Positions 19,037 through 29,117 are shown, counted from the stretch's first letter. The stretch: DNA of 61,901 nucleotides from an uncultured Acidobacteriaceae bacterium (GCA_964249375.1 CAXUCK010000002.1:1-61901), one strand, 5' to 3'. Notes: a model not told the origin generated them from the letters alone. A program made the numbers and translations.

Positions 19037-19813
19037 TTAACGCGCTTGCTTACTTCCGTTCATCTCCCTGATCTTGATATTTCTGAACCATACCGGAAAG
19101 CCGTGATCCTGCAACAGGAGATATCCGCTCCTGGCTTGGCCGTAGCCGGGGAACACGTGGTATTTGCTTTCCGCAAAGATAGTCTTGAACTCTGGCGAGT
19201 CGCGGTCGTATTCCAAGACCTTCACACCGTTCAGCCAGTGCTCGCCATGCATGCCGCGTACCACGATGCGGGCGGTGTTCCACTCGCCGACGGGCTTGAT
19301 CGGCTTGTCGGCGGCTGCCGGGATCAAATCGTAAAGCGAGGCGACTGTACGGTCCCCGTTTCTGCCCCGCTTCGCATCCGGGTGTAATGCGTCATCCAGC
19401 ACCTGGTATTCAAAGCCGATAGGGGATCCGTGGCCGTTGTTCCACGGCATGAGATTCAAGTCGACGAAGTACATGATCCCGGAGTTTGCTCCAGGAGAAA
19501 TTTTGAAGTCCACTGACAACTCGAAGTCCGCGTAGGTGCGTGTCGTCACAATGTCGCCACCGTTTCCGGACTCTTCGCCACCCGTCTCTGTCACAGCAAG
19601 GGCGCCATCTTTCACGGCCCAGCCTTTGGTGGGGAAGCCGCCTACCCGTGCACTGCGCCAGCCGTTAGTCGTCTTCCCATCAAAGAGGAGCCTCCAGCCA
19701 TCGGCTCTTTCCTTCGGTGATAATGTGTTTTCCGCCTGGGCAGAAGCTAAGGACGCCGCGCAAGAGAGGCTTAACGCGACGAGTGCAATGGTTCTCTTCA
19801 CATAAGAAAGCAT
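19037..19813 (-). CDS. Exported DUF1080-family protein (3-keto-glycoside hydrolase/lyase-like)
   Basis: Signal peptide; GWRLLFDGK, NSGIMY, EYQVLDD, GEWNTARI, EHWLNG, LQDHG...FRNIKIRE. Start taken as ATG 19813. Confidence 0.88.
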   Translation of the reverse strand: MLSYVKRTIALVALSLSCAASLASAQAENTLSPKERADGWRLLFDGKTTNGWRSARVGGFPTKGWAVKDGALAVTETGGEESGNGGDIVTTRTYADFELSVDFKISPGANSGIMYFVDLNLMPWNNGHGSPIGFEYQVLDDALHPDAKRGRNGDRTVASLYDLIPAAADKPIKPVGEWNTARIVVRGMHGEHWLNGVKVLEYDRDSPEFKTIFAESKYHVFPGYGQARSGYLLLQDHGFPVWFRNIKIREMNGSKQAR

Positions 19814-20141
19814 AGCTGTTCTTCTTCGTCGCACTTGCTTTGTTCGGCAACCCGCGCGAGTCAGAGTGCTCCGCCGCCAACTCCTCCTGAGAGTTCTGAC
19901 ATGGTCACCCGGTGTGTTCGCCAGTAGCGCTCATAGACCGGCATACCGGGACGGCCACCATCAAACCGGCGCCGGCCTCAAGTTCAGCCCATATCTGGTG
20001 ACCTACGATCCCCCACTGCCAAGGCTGTTTTTCCCGTCTCCGAGCGCACCTCCGTGTACCGAATCGCACGTGCGGCGTTCTCAGCGCCTGGCCTACGAAG
20101 CAATCAGAGCAGGGGCGGAAAGACCTTAGTCAGTAAGGAGA

Positions 20142-20218
20142 TGGTAGCGTTATCGGGGCTCGAACCCGAACTCTTCGCCTTGAGAGGGCGACGTGTTAAC
20201 CAGTTACACCATAACGCC
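20142..20218 (-). tRNA. tRNA-Glu (anticodon CTC)
   Basis: Reverse complement GGCGTTATGGTGTAACTGGTTAACACGTCGCC-CT-CTC-AA-GGCGAAGAGTTCGGGTTCGAGCCCCGATAACGCTACCA; cloverleaf with encoded CCA. Confidence 0.95.
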
Positions 20219-20499
20219 ACGAACGTTGAGATCGGAGCCGGAGTTTCTCGCTACCGACGATGCTAAGTATAGCAGCGCGCGGCAAAGTGCCGCTACTGCG
20301 GGCGCGAAAAGCAGGCGCGTTCAGGAGATGCCAGTACAACCTAGAGAACAAGAATCACGTGGCTCGTGGTTTCGCTTCGTCCAGCATGACGACGGGAAGG
20401 CGAACCCGCCCAAGGGGCGACCGAAGATAGAAGCGGGAAACTTACCGTCCATGAGGCAATGCTGGCCGGCAAGGGCGACCGTAATGCGACAGGAACGGG

Positions 20500-20775
20500 T
20501 TAAAGCCCCAGCTTCTTGACTTCGTCGTTGTAGTACTTGCGGTACAGGATGTCCCACTCCTGGGAGCCCTCAAGAATGATTTTGCGCTGCGAAGCAATCT
20601 TTTGGCGGGCAGCGGCGTCGATGCGGGTTTCTTCGGTGAGCAGCTTCTCGAGTGCCTTGCGGGCTTCCTGGCGAATCGTGTTGCGGTCTTCTCGAAAATC
20701 TACTTCCGGGAGATCGGCCAGGGTATCGGCAACCGTGTGGGCGAGCTTGTTTAATTTGTCGCGAGAGATCCTCAT
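20500..20775 (-). CDS. DUF507-family protein
   Basis: MRISRDKLNKLAH...IDAAARQKIASQRKIILEGSQEWDILYRKYY. Confidence 0.8.
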   Translation of the reverse strand: MRISRDKLNKLAHTVADTLADLPEVDFREDRNTIRQEARKALEKLLTEETRIDAAARQKIASQRKIILEGSQEWDILYRKYYNDEVKKLGL

Positions 20776-21050
20776 AGGACCGCCTTGTATTGCGCCACAA
20801 GCTTTTGCTTGATCTTCTTGAACATTTCCGGGTAGGAGACGCCACCCTTCCGCATGTCTTCCTGGATGGCCTCGAGGATGACGCGGACCTCGTCGTTGAT
20901 GCGGTCTTCAAGGGCAAGTTCTTCCACCATAGCCGTGGAGACGCGCTCATTGACGAGCTGGATCTTCCCTGTTTCGATCATCTTGGCGTCGACGAGGTGT
21001 TTGACTGTCTGCCTCGCCAGATACCCAACGTAGTCCTTGGAAAAGATCAT
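20772..21050 (-). CDS. DUF507-family protein
   Basis: MIFSKDYVGYLARQ...EDRINDEVRVILE...MFKKIKQKL; ATGA overlap with the downstream gene; start ATG 21050. Confidence 0.8.
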   Translation of the reverse strand: MIFSKDYVGYLARQTVKHLVDAKMIETGKIQLVNERVSTAMVEELALEDRINDEVRVILEAIQEDMRKGGVSYPEMFKKIKQKLVAQYKAVL

Positions 21051-21262
21051 CGCTCTTTTCCGACTATAGCATGGCAAGCGGGACGGCTTTGAGTTGAGGC
21101 AGCTCGTTGAAAACGGACGGGATAGAGCGGGTTTGTGGAGTTCGAAGGAAGAACGGCAGTCGCACGCGTTTCGACCTCGCTCAACCGACGACGCAGGTCT
21201 GCTTCCTGCATTCAGAGAAGGACTGTGTGCAGCGGAGGCGGGATTCTGCGAGAATAAGCCCG

Positions 21263-21724
21263 ATGCAAGCCGATGACCTCATCACGCTCAAGGACGACAT
21301 GATTGCCTTCATTGCCGGGCACGGGATGCGCCGCTTGCCCGGGTATGTGACCGAAGAAGTTCCGAGCGTGGTCTTCGAAGAGGAGAATGCGGACGGCTGG
21401 AAGGACTTTGTCGAGCATGCGAAGGCGGCCGGAGCTCCATTTGTAACGATGAGCGAAGTGTCGCTTGAAAAGGACGATCTCCAGGTACTGATGGAGCAGA
21501 TTCGGGAGCAGAACTTTCCAGATGGGGACGGACCGGAAATTGAGGACGCGGAACATCTTTTGCGACATGTCGGCAAACTGGGATACCTGCAACTGGGTTT
21601 TGCGCACCAGGGTGTGATGTTCTTGTTCGAAGCGGCGACGGAGTGGTATGACCAATTCCAGGATCTGATGGAGACGGTCACGGATCTGGGGGGGATCGTG
21701 GTCGATAACCGGGACGAGGAGTAG
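21263..21724 (+). CDS. Acidic hypothetical protein (153 aa)
   Basis: Protein-like composition from MQADDLITLKDDMIAFI onward; no family recognised. Confidence 0.7.
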   Translation: MQADDLITLKDDMIAFIAGHGMRRLPGYVTEEVPSVVFEEENADGWKDFVEHAKAAGAPFVTMSEVSLEKDDLQVLMEQIREQNFPDGDGPEIEDAEHLLRHVGKLGYLQLGFAHQGVMFLFEAATEWYDQFQDLMETVTDLGGIVVDNRDEE

Positions 21725-21842
21725 TGGAGTGGCCGGCGAGTCGCGCAATTCCGTACAAAGGGCCTGAGCGGAAGAGAGAATAGCGCTCCGGCTCGGACAG
21801 AGCATTGGGTCAGTGTCAGACCGGCGAAGCAGAGGACATGAG

Positions 21843-23711
21843 ATGGTGTCGGAGCCGGGGAGGCTGGCGGGAACCTGGTGGCGGTTGCGGCCTGCAGACA
21901 CAGATCGTGTCCAGGCGATTCGCGACAGCGTGGGGTGCCCGGAGGCGATCGCGCGACTCTTAGTGGCACGCGGGTTGCAAACAACCGAAGACGCAGCGCA
22001 ATTCTTTCTGCCGAATGCAGCGCAGATGCACGATCCGCGGCTGATGTTAGGCATGGATCGGGCGGTGGAGCGGATTCGTGCGGCGGTCCGCGCGGGTGAG
22101 CCCATGTTGATCTACGGGGACTACGACGTGGATGGAACCACAGCGACCGTTTTACTAAAGACGGCAATCGAGCGACTGGGGACAGCGGACCAGCCCGCAA
22201 AGGTCACCTACCACGTGCCGCATCGACTTCGCGAAGGGTACGGGATGCAGGTGGGCAGGCTGCAAACAGCGGCCGAAACGGGCGTGCGCCTCGTGTTGTC
22301 GGTGGATACGGGGATCCGGGCGTTTCGGGCAGCAGAGGAAGCAAAGCGGCTCGGATTGGACTTGATTGTGACCGACCATCATCTGCCGGACGAGGCGGGA
22401 GTGCCGGACGCGCTGGCAGTGCTGAACCCAAATCAGGTGGGGTGCCCGTACCCCTACAAGGGACTATGCGGGGCGGCGGTTGCGTTCAAACTGGCGCATG
22501 CTTTGCTATTGGCGGGAGCGGGGAACGAAGCAGAGCGGGCCGACGTCGAGCAACGGCTGGTGCCCTCGTTTCTAAAGCTTGTGGCTCTGGCGACGGTGGC
22601 GGATGCGGTTCCGTTGACGGGCGAAAATCGGGCCTTGGCTGCGCTCGGATTGCGCGAGCTCGCGCGACCGGTGCAGCCGGGCCTGCGGGCACTGCTCGAA
22701 GTGGCAGGACTGCCTGGGGATCGCGCGCCCACGGCGACCGAAGTTGGATTTCGGTTGGGACCTCGGATCAATGCGGCGGGGCGGATGGACGTGGCGTCAG
22801 ACGTGGTGGAATTATTCCTGACGCGGGATAGGGCGCGGGCGCGGACTCTGGCGGAGAAGCTGGACCAGCTAAACGAGGAGCGGCGGGCGACGGAGCGGGA
22901 GGCGTTAGGGCGAATCGATGAGGAACTGGAGGAGCAAAGGTTAGCCGATGGAGAGTGGCCCGCGGAATGCCTGGTGCTCCACGATGCGGGTTGGCACAGA
23001 GGTGTGCTGGGAATCCTAGCTTCCCGGGTGGTGGACCGGACGGGGCGACCGGCGTTGGTGATGAGCCACGCGGATGGGGAAGCACATGGGTCGGGACGGT
23101 CGATTGCGGGATTTCACCTTCTTGATGCGTTGACAGCGGTGCATGAGCAGGGGTGCGCCGAAGTCTTGCAGCGAAGCTTGTTTTCGCGGTTTGGGGGGCA
23201 TGCGCACGCGGTCGGCTTTGCCCTGCCGTCGCAGCACATCGGGCTCCTGCGAGAGAGAATGCGCAAGTATGGTCAGCGCGTCCTACGCGGTGAGGTCATC
23301 CATCCGCCGTTGGAGGTGGATGCGGAAATACAGCCGGAGGAAGTGGGTGAGGCAATGTGGGGATGGGTCGAGCGATGTGCCCCGTTTGGAAACGGAAATA
23401 CCGAGCCGATGTTTCTGACGCGTGGCTTGCGGCTCCTGAGCGGTCCGCGGCTGTTGAAGGCGAAGCACGTGCTTCTGGAGTTGGAGCTCCCGGGGGTGTT
23501 GCGGCCATTGAGAGCGCTGGGGTGGAGCCGTACTGTACACTGGCCGACCGTGTGCAGGCGGATGGGACTGGTAGCAGGGAGTGCGGTGGACGTGGTGTAC
23601 CGGATGCGGTGGAATGATGGAAGTTATGCTGGGAAGGGAGACGGCTGCGTCGAGGTCGAGTTGGTGGCATTAACGACGAGCGTGGGGGCAACCGAAGGTC
23701 GTTCCAACTGA
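21843..23711 (+). CDS. recJ: ssDNA-specific exonuclease RecJ
   Basis: YGDYDVDG, EGYG, TDHH, VADAVPL, GPRINAAGR, FGGHAHA. Start is ATG 21843 or GTG 21813. Confidence 0.96.
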   Translation: MVSEPGRLAGTWWRLRPADTDRVQAIRDSVGCPEAIARLLVARGLQTTEDAAQFFLPNAAQMHDPRLMLGMDRAVERIRAAVRAGEPMLIYGDYDVDGTTATVLLKTAIERLGTADQPAKVTYHVPHRLREGYGMQVGRLQTAAETGVRLVLSVDTGIRAFRAAEEAKRLGLDLIVTDHHLPDEAGVPDALAVLNPNQVGCPYPYKGLCGAAVAFKLAHALLLAGAGNEAERADVEQRLVPSFLKLVALATVADAVPLTGENRALAALGLRELARPVQPGLRALLEVAGLPGDRAPTATEVGFRLGPRINAAGRMDVASDVVELFLTRDRARARTLAEKLDQLNEERRATEREALGRIDEELEEQRLADGEWPAECLVLHDAGWHRGVLGILASRVVDRTGRPALVMSHADGEAHGSGRSIAGFHLLDALTAVHEQGCAEVLQRSLFSRFGGHAHAVGFALPSQHIGLLRERMRKYGQRVLRGEVIHPPLEVDAEIQPEEVGEAMWGWVERCAPFGNGNTEPMFLTRGLRLLSGPRLLKAKHVLLELELPGVLRPLRALGWSRTVHWPTVCRRMGLVAGSAVDVVYRMRWNDGSYAGKGDGCVEVELVALTTSVGATEGRSN

Positions 23712-23765
23712 TCTTTTCTGCTTCGTTCGCAGCGAGGATGCGTCTTATATACTGCGATTCGACCC

Positions 23766-25007
23766 ATGCCTCCAGCCGAAGAGAAGCGTTCTAACTCGTG
23801 GATTCTGTGGGGCCTAATGGTGGTGGCCCTTTTTGCAGCGGTTCTGCTGGTGCGGCGGTTGACTGAGGACACGGTGGAGGTGCGGGTCTCGCCGGTAACG
23901 CACGAGAACCTGGTAAGCACCGTTTCGACCAATGGAAAGGTGGAGCCGGTGGAGGAGTTCCAGCCGCACGCCGCAGCGCCGGGCGTGGTCAAAGAGGTGC
24001 TGGTCGAGAATGGTGAGAAGGTAAAGGAGGGGCAGCTGCTTCTGCGCATGGACGATGCGGACGCTGTAGCGCGGATTGCACAGGCAACCTCGGCGTTGCG
24101 CACCGCGGAAGCGGCCGTGAACGACATGGAACACGGCGGGTCGGCAGAGGAGCGGTTTACCGCGGCCGGCGATCTGAGCCGGGCAAAGCTACAGCAGGAG
24201 CAGGCCGCGGGCACCGTTGCATCTCTGAAGAGTTTGGAAGCGCGAGGTGCGGCTTCCGCGGGCGAAGTGGCGGCAGCGCAGCAGCGACTGGATGTAGCGA
24301 ATGTCACGCTGACGGGAGCGCAGGCGCGAGGCGGGCAGCGGTACAGCGCCACGGATCGCGCACGGGTTGAAGCGCAGCTAACCGACGCACGGGCGAACTT
24401 GGCGGCGGCTGAAGCAAGTTACGCGGGGGAAAACATTCGTGCACCGTTTGCCGGGACGGTGTACTCAGTACCGGTGAGCGCGTTCGACTATGTACAGGCG
24501 GGCGAGGGATTGCTGGACCTTGCGGACCTCAACCACATCCAGGTTCGGGCGTACTTCGATGAGCCCGAGATTGGCGAGCTCCAGTCCGGCCAGGCCGTGA
24601 AGATCGTTTGGGACGCAAAGCCGAACCGGATGTGGCACGGACATATCGATCGAGCGCCCACAACCGTGACGCAATACGGCAATCGCAACGTAGGCGAATG
24701 CGTGATTACGGTGGACGACGCGCGGGGCGATCTGCTGCCAAACACGAACGTGGGGCTGACGGTAACAACGTCCGAGCGGTTTAATGTTCTGAGCGTACCG
24801 CGAGAGGCGCTGCATACAGAGGGCTTGAGCAACTACGTTTTTCGTGTGGCGAATGGCAAGCTGCAGCGAACGCCGGTGCAGGTAGGAACGCTGAACAATG
24901 TGCGGGTGCAGATTTTGGGTGGCTTGACAGAGAAGGATGTCGTGGTGGTGAGCTCCACCAGCACGCACGAGTTAAGCAACGCGATGCCAGTCAAGATCGT
25001 TGAGTAG
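23766..25007 (+). CDS. Efflux periplasmic adaptor (MFP) subunit
   Basis: N-terminal TM, lipoyl halves (VKEVLVENGEKVKEGQLL; IRAPFAGTV), long coiled hairpin. Confidence 0.88.
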   Translation: MPPAEEKRSNSWILWGLMVVALFAAVLLVRRLTEDTVEVRVSPVTHENLVSTVSTNGKVEPVEEFQPHAAAPGVVKEVLVENGEKVKEGQLLLRMDDADAVARIAQATSALRTAEAAVNDMEHGGSAEERFTAAGDLSRAKLQQEQAAGTVASLKSLEARGAASAGEVAAAQQRLDVANVTLTGAQARGGQRYSATDRARVEAQLTDARANLAAAEASYAGENIRAPFAGTVYSVPVSAFDYVQAGEGLLDLADLNHIQVRAYFDEPEIGELQSGQAVKIVWDAKPNRMWHGHIDRAPTTVTQYGNRNVGECVITVDDARGDLLPNTNVGLTVTTSERFNVLSVPREALHTEGLSNYVFRVANGKLQRTPVQVGTLNNVRVQILGGLTEKDVVVVSSTSTHELSNAMPVKIVE

Positions 25008-25008
25008 C

Positions 25009-25961
25009 ATGAGCAGAAGCCTACGGGTTCTTACACTTGCGGTGCTGCTGGGGAGTTCCCCCGGTGTAATTTGGGCGCAGCAGTCGGCCGTCGCGGAAGC
25101 TGCGGTCCGCGAGGGGCGGGCGGATGATGCGATCCGGCTGCTGGAAACACAGCTGGCGGCCAATGAGGAGGTTGCCCGTGCTCACCTGCTGCTATGCCAG
25201 GTGTTTCTGGCCGAAGATCTAGCCAACGAGGCGGCGACGGAGTGCGACAAAGCGGCGGCCGCAGCCCCGACGGACAGTGATACGCAGTTATGGCTTGGGC
25301 GGGCCTACGGAGCGAAAGCATCGGCCGCAAATCCGCTTGTAGCGTTCCCTTTAGCGCGTCGGGTACGGGCAGCGTTCGAGCGGGCAGTGCAGCTGGACCC
25401 GAGTAACGGACCGGCGCTCAGCGACCTGGGACAGTACTATGTACAGGCTCCTGCGATTGTCGGCGGCGGAGAAGACAAGGCGCGGACCCTGGCGGCGCGG
25501 ATGATGGCCCGCTATCCGGCGCGGGCGCATCGACTGCTTGGCCAGCTGGCGGAGAAGATGGCGGACGAGCGGACGGCAGAGGCGGAGTATCGGGCGGCAG
25601 GTGGATCACCAAGCGCGCTCGTGGATCTGGCGCAATTTCTTGAGAGTCATGGGCGGCCAGACGAGGCGCTGACGGCGGTGCGGGCAGCGGTGGTGGCAGA
25701 CCGAACACACGGGCCGGAGATGGTCGATGCGGCGCAGATTCTGCTGGCATCGCATCGTGCACGGGAGCTGGCGATCAGCCTGATGCGGCAGTATCTCGCA
25801 TCGCCTGCGAAGACGGGAGCGGCTCCGGCGTTTCGCGTCCATGTGCAACTGGGAAAGCACTGGAAGCGGCAGGCGACAGGCGGGAAGCGGCCCTGGAGTA
25901 TGCCAGGGCGCGACTGCTGGCCTCGGGGTACCGTGCGGCACAGCGTGGGCCGGGGGCATGA
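25009..25961 (+). CDS. Exported TPR-repeat protein with an apparent 1-nt frameshift near 25858
   Basis: Signal peptide and TPR helices (AAFERAVQLDP). After VHVQLGK the shifted frame reads LEAAGDRREAALEYARARLLASGY...* and ends in an ATGA overlap with the TolC start. Confidence 0.72.
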
Positions 25962-27400
25962 AGGGTAGGATGGACATGCAATTCTTCCCGAAGGAGAGAC
26001 CATCTCGTCTGATGTACTGCCGACGTGCACTCTGTTTCCTTGTCGCCATGATGTGCCTTGTTTCTGGACATGCACATGGGCAGATCTCGTTGGAAACAGC
26101 GGTGGATCTAAGCTTGCGCAACAGCCCGCGAGTGAAAATGGCGCAGACGGATGTGGACAAAGCGCAGGCTTCGCTTGCTGAGTCGCGCGATGTCTTCCTC
26201 CCGAGTGTGACTGCGGGAGGCGCAGGATACGGACGATCGTACGGATACCCACAGGGACAGCCCTCTGTTCTAAACATCAACACGCAGTCGTTGATCTTCA
26301 CCTACTCACAACGGGATTACATCCGAGCGGCGCATTCGGGGGTCAATGCGGCAGACGATGCGTTGATCGAAGCCCGGAATGCGGTTGCCGAGGATACGGT
26401 TCTGACGTATTTTGCAGTAGCTCATGCTCAGGAACGGTTACAGGCGCTTGAGCAGCAACGTGGCTTTGCTGAGAAGCTGGTGAGCATCATCGAGGCGAGG
26501 CTGGGCGCGGGGCAGGATACGGCGATCAATTTGACGACAGCTCGGCTGTCGTCAGCGCAGCTCCGCTTATCGCTGCTTCACACCGAGGATGAGCTTGCCA
26601 GTCAACGGCTACACCTGGAACATCTGACCGGGCTGCCGACGGGAAAGTTGGAATAATTGGAGCTCGTTCCTGAAATAAAAAAACAAAGAGCCCTGAACGA
26701 CATCCAGGCGCCCGTGAGTTCACCTGGAATCGATGCGGCCTTTGCAACGGCCAAGTCGAAATATGAGATTGCTTTCGGCGACGCGCGTTACCTCTACCGC
26801 CCGCAGGTGAGCTTTGGGGCGGAGTACAGCCGGATCAGTACCTTCAACAATGCGAATTACCTGGAGTACTTCGGGCGACGCGACCCCGCGGGAAACCTGC
26901 TTCCCTTCCCCTCGAATTCGTTCGGAATCGGTCTGCAGGTATCGATCCCGTTTCTTGACTACGGCCACAGGGCCAAGGCTCGGGCAAGTGCGGCCGAGGC
27001 CAAGCACGCGCAGAGGGAAGCCGAGCAGCTTCGCGATCAGTTTGCAGAAGGCAGGCTGAAGGTGCAGCGATCTGCCGTGGAATTAACCGCGCGAGTGGAG
27101 GTCGCACAACTCGATCAGCAGCTCGCGCAACAGCAGATCGACGTGCTTCTGGTGCAGTTGCAGAACGGGACGGGCAACCCAGAAGGGCCGCAAATGACGC
27201 CTAAGGAGGAGCAGAATGCGCGAATTGCAGAAAGGGAGAAATACTTGGTGTTCCTGGATGTGCAGTTTGAGTTGCATCAGACAGAGATAGCCCTCCTGCG
27301 TCAAACGGGGCAGCTGAACGGGTGGCTCCAACGTTTGGCGCGAACGCGGTCCGGAGCAGGAGGGTATAACCCGGAAGCTGCGGGCGAGCCAATTCCGTGA
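25958..27400 (+). pseudogene. TolC-family outer-membrane efflux protein interrupted by in-frame TAA at 26654-26656
   Basis: Two consecutive same-frame ORFs form one OEP protein (ISLETAVDLSLRNSP...FLPSV; YRPQVSF...GLQVSIPFLD). The lesion may be a sequencing error. Confidence 0.75.
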
Positions 27401-27543
27401 ACCGTTTCCGGACGGGCCTCGTCTCTTCTTTAGAACATCCTCGTCGGCATGTCTTCCGTGCCGTCCACCTTTGGGCCTATCCTCCGGGAGCTCTTCACCG
27501 CAGCGCCTCACCAAACTGAAATGGTAAACTGAACCTCATCACG

Positions 27544-29022
27544 ATGCCCCTCAAGACCCTGTTCCTGAATCCGCCCTCCTTTGAAAATTTCGATGGTGGC
27601 GCCAGTTCCCGCTGGCCCGCGACGCGCGAAATCGAATCCTACTGGTATCCGGTGTGGCTGACGTACCCCGCCGGGATGCTGGAGGGGTCCCGTCTGCTGG
27701 ACGCCCCACCGCATCATGTCTCCGCGCAAGAGACAATCGAGATTGCCACGGGTTACGAGTTTCTGGTGCTGTTTACGTCGACAGTGGGATGGAGCGGAGA
27801 TCATGCGCTCGCGCATGCGATTAAACGGGCTAATCCTTCCATCAGGATCGCGTTCGTGGGACCTCCGGTCACGACTGACCCAGATCGCGCCCTGAACGAG
27901 TGTTCTGCAATCGACTTCGTGTGCCGGCGTGAGTTCGACTTTTCTGTAGTGGAATTTGCCGAGGGCAAGCCGCTTACGGAGATCCTGGGCATCTCCTACA
28001 AGGATGCGGCCGGGGTGGTGCAGCACAAACCAGATCGGCCGCAGGTCGACGATCTGGATGCGATGCCATGGGCGACCAAGATCTACAAGCGGGACATGGA
28101 CGTGACGAAGTACAACGTTCCGTTCCTGCTCCACCCGTATATCGCGCTCTATTCAACGCGCGGGTGCCCGGCGCAGTGCACATTTTGCCTCTGGCCGCAG
28201 ACGCTGAGCGGCCATGCATGGCGGAAGCGATCGACCGACGATGTGGCTGCAGAGATGGCCTGGGCGAAGGAGAACTTCCCGCACGTGAAGGAGTTCTTTT
28301 TCGACGACGACACCTTCAATATTCAAAAGGCGCGGACGGTCGAATTGTGCGCCAAACTGAAGCCGCTTGGAATCACCTGGAGCTGTACGAGCCGCGTCAC
28401 GACCGATCGGGAAACCCTGAAGGCGATGAAGGATGCGGGATGTCGTCTCCTGATTGTTGGATTTGAGTCGGGCGATCCGCAGATTCTTAAGAACATCAAA
28501 AAGGGCGCGACCGTTGAGCGAGCGCGCGATTTTGTGAAGGACTGCCACGACCTAGGCTTGGTCATCCACGCGGACTTCATCCTGGGGTTGCCAGGCGAAA
28601 CAAAGGAGTCGATCCGGAACACGATTGACTTTGCGAAGTCGCTCGATTGCGAAACAATTCAGGTGTCCATCGCCCACGCCTACCCGGGAACGGAGTTTTA
28701 CGACTTCGCCAAGAAGAACGGGTTCATTACCAACGAGGTCATGAACGACGCGGGTGGCCACCAGATGGCTCACATCGAGTATCCTGGGCTGCCGGTGGAA
28801 TATGTTCTGGAAATGGTGCACAAGTTCTACGACGAATACTACTTCCGGCCAAAGGCGGCGTTCCGCGTGGTGTGGAAGGCGATCGTGAATCGCGACGTTC
28901 CGCGCCTTTACGAAGAGGCGAGGGCGTTCATGAAGCTGCGGTCGCAGCGCATGAAGACTTCGCGCGAGATGAAGGAAAAAAGCGAGCTGAAACAACAGGA
29001 ATCCGTAAGTATGAATGCGTAA
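27544..29022 (+). CDS. hpnJ: Hopanoid-associated radical SAM protein HpnJ
   Basis: FDGGASSRWPATREI.S.WYPVWL N-terminus, RGCPAQCTFCLWPQT (CX3CX2C), FFDDDTF; hpn neighbourhood. Confidence 0.9.
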   Translation: MPLKTLFLNPPSFENFDGGASSRWPATREIESYWYPVWLTYPAGMLEGSRLLDAPPHHVSAQETIEIATGYEFLVLFTSTVGWSGDHALAHAIKRANPSIRIAFVGPPVTTDPDRALNECSAIDFVCRREFDFSVVEFAEGKPLTEILGISYKDAAGVVQHKPDRPQVDDLDAMPWATKIYKRDMDVTKYNVPFLLHPYIALYSTRGCPAQCTFCLWPQTLSGHAWRKRSTDDVAAEMAWAKENFPHVKEFFFDDDTFNIQKARTVELCAKLKPLGITWSCTSRVTTDRETLKAMKDAGCRLLIVGFESGDPQILKNIKKGATVERARDFVKDCHDLGLVIHADFILGLPGETKESIRNTIDFAKSLDCETIQVSIAHAYPGTEFYDFAKKNGFITNEVMNDAGGHQMAHIEYPGLPVEYVLEMVHKFYDEYYFRPKAAFRVVWKAIVNRDVPRLYEEARAFMKLRSQRMKTSREMKEKSELKQQESVSMNA

Positions 29023-29047
29023 CGGACTGAGGAGTAACTTGGCATGA

Positions 29048-29077
29048 GGACGGGGCTCGGGCTCCGTCTTTGTGTTT
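29048..29077 (+). terminator. Intrinsic terminator after hpnJ
   Basis: GACGGGGC-tcgg-GCTCCGTC stem followed by TTTGTGTTT. Confidence 0.65.
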
Positions 29078-29117
29078 GCCCAGCATTGTAAGCTGGTCGT
29101 TTGAGGCGGGGAATGTT

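Noticed and set aside
26654-26656. Stop-codon recoding (Sec/Pyl or alternative code) in tolC
   Set aside because: The stop is TAA, and all three stop codons end genes normally elsewhere in the window.
27513-27533. AAACTGAA direct repeat upstream of hpnJ as an operator
   Set aside because: Only two 8-mers, one overlapping the likely -10 TAAACT; insufficient support.
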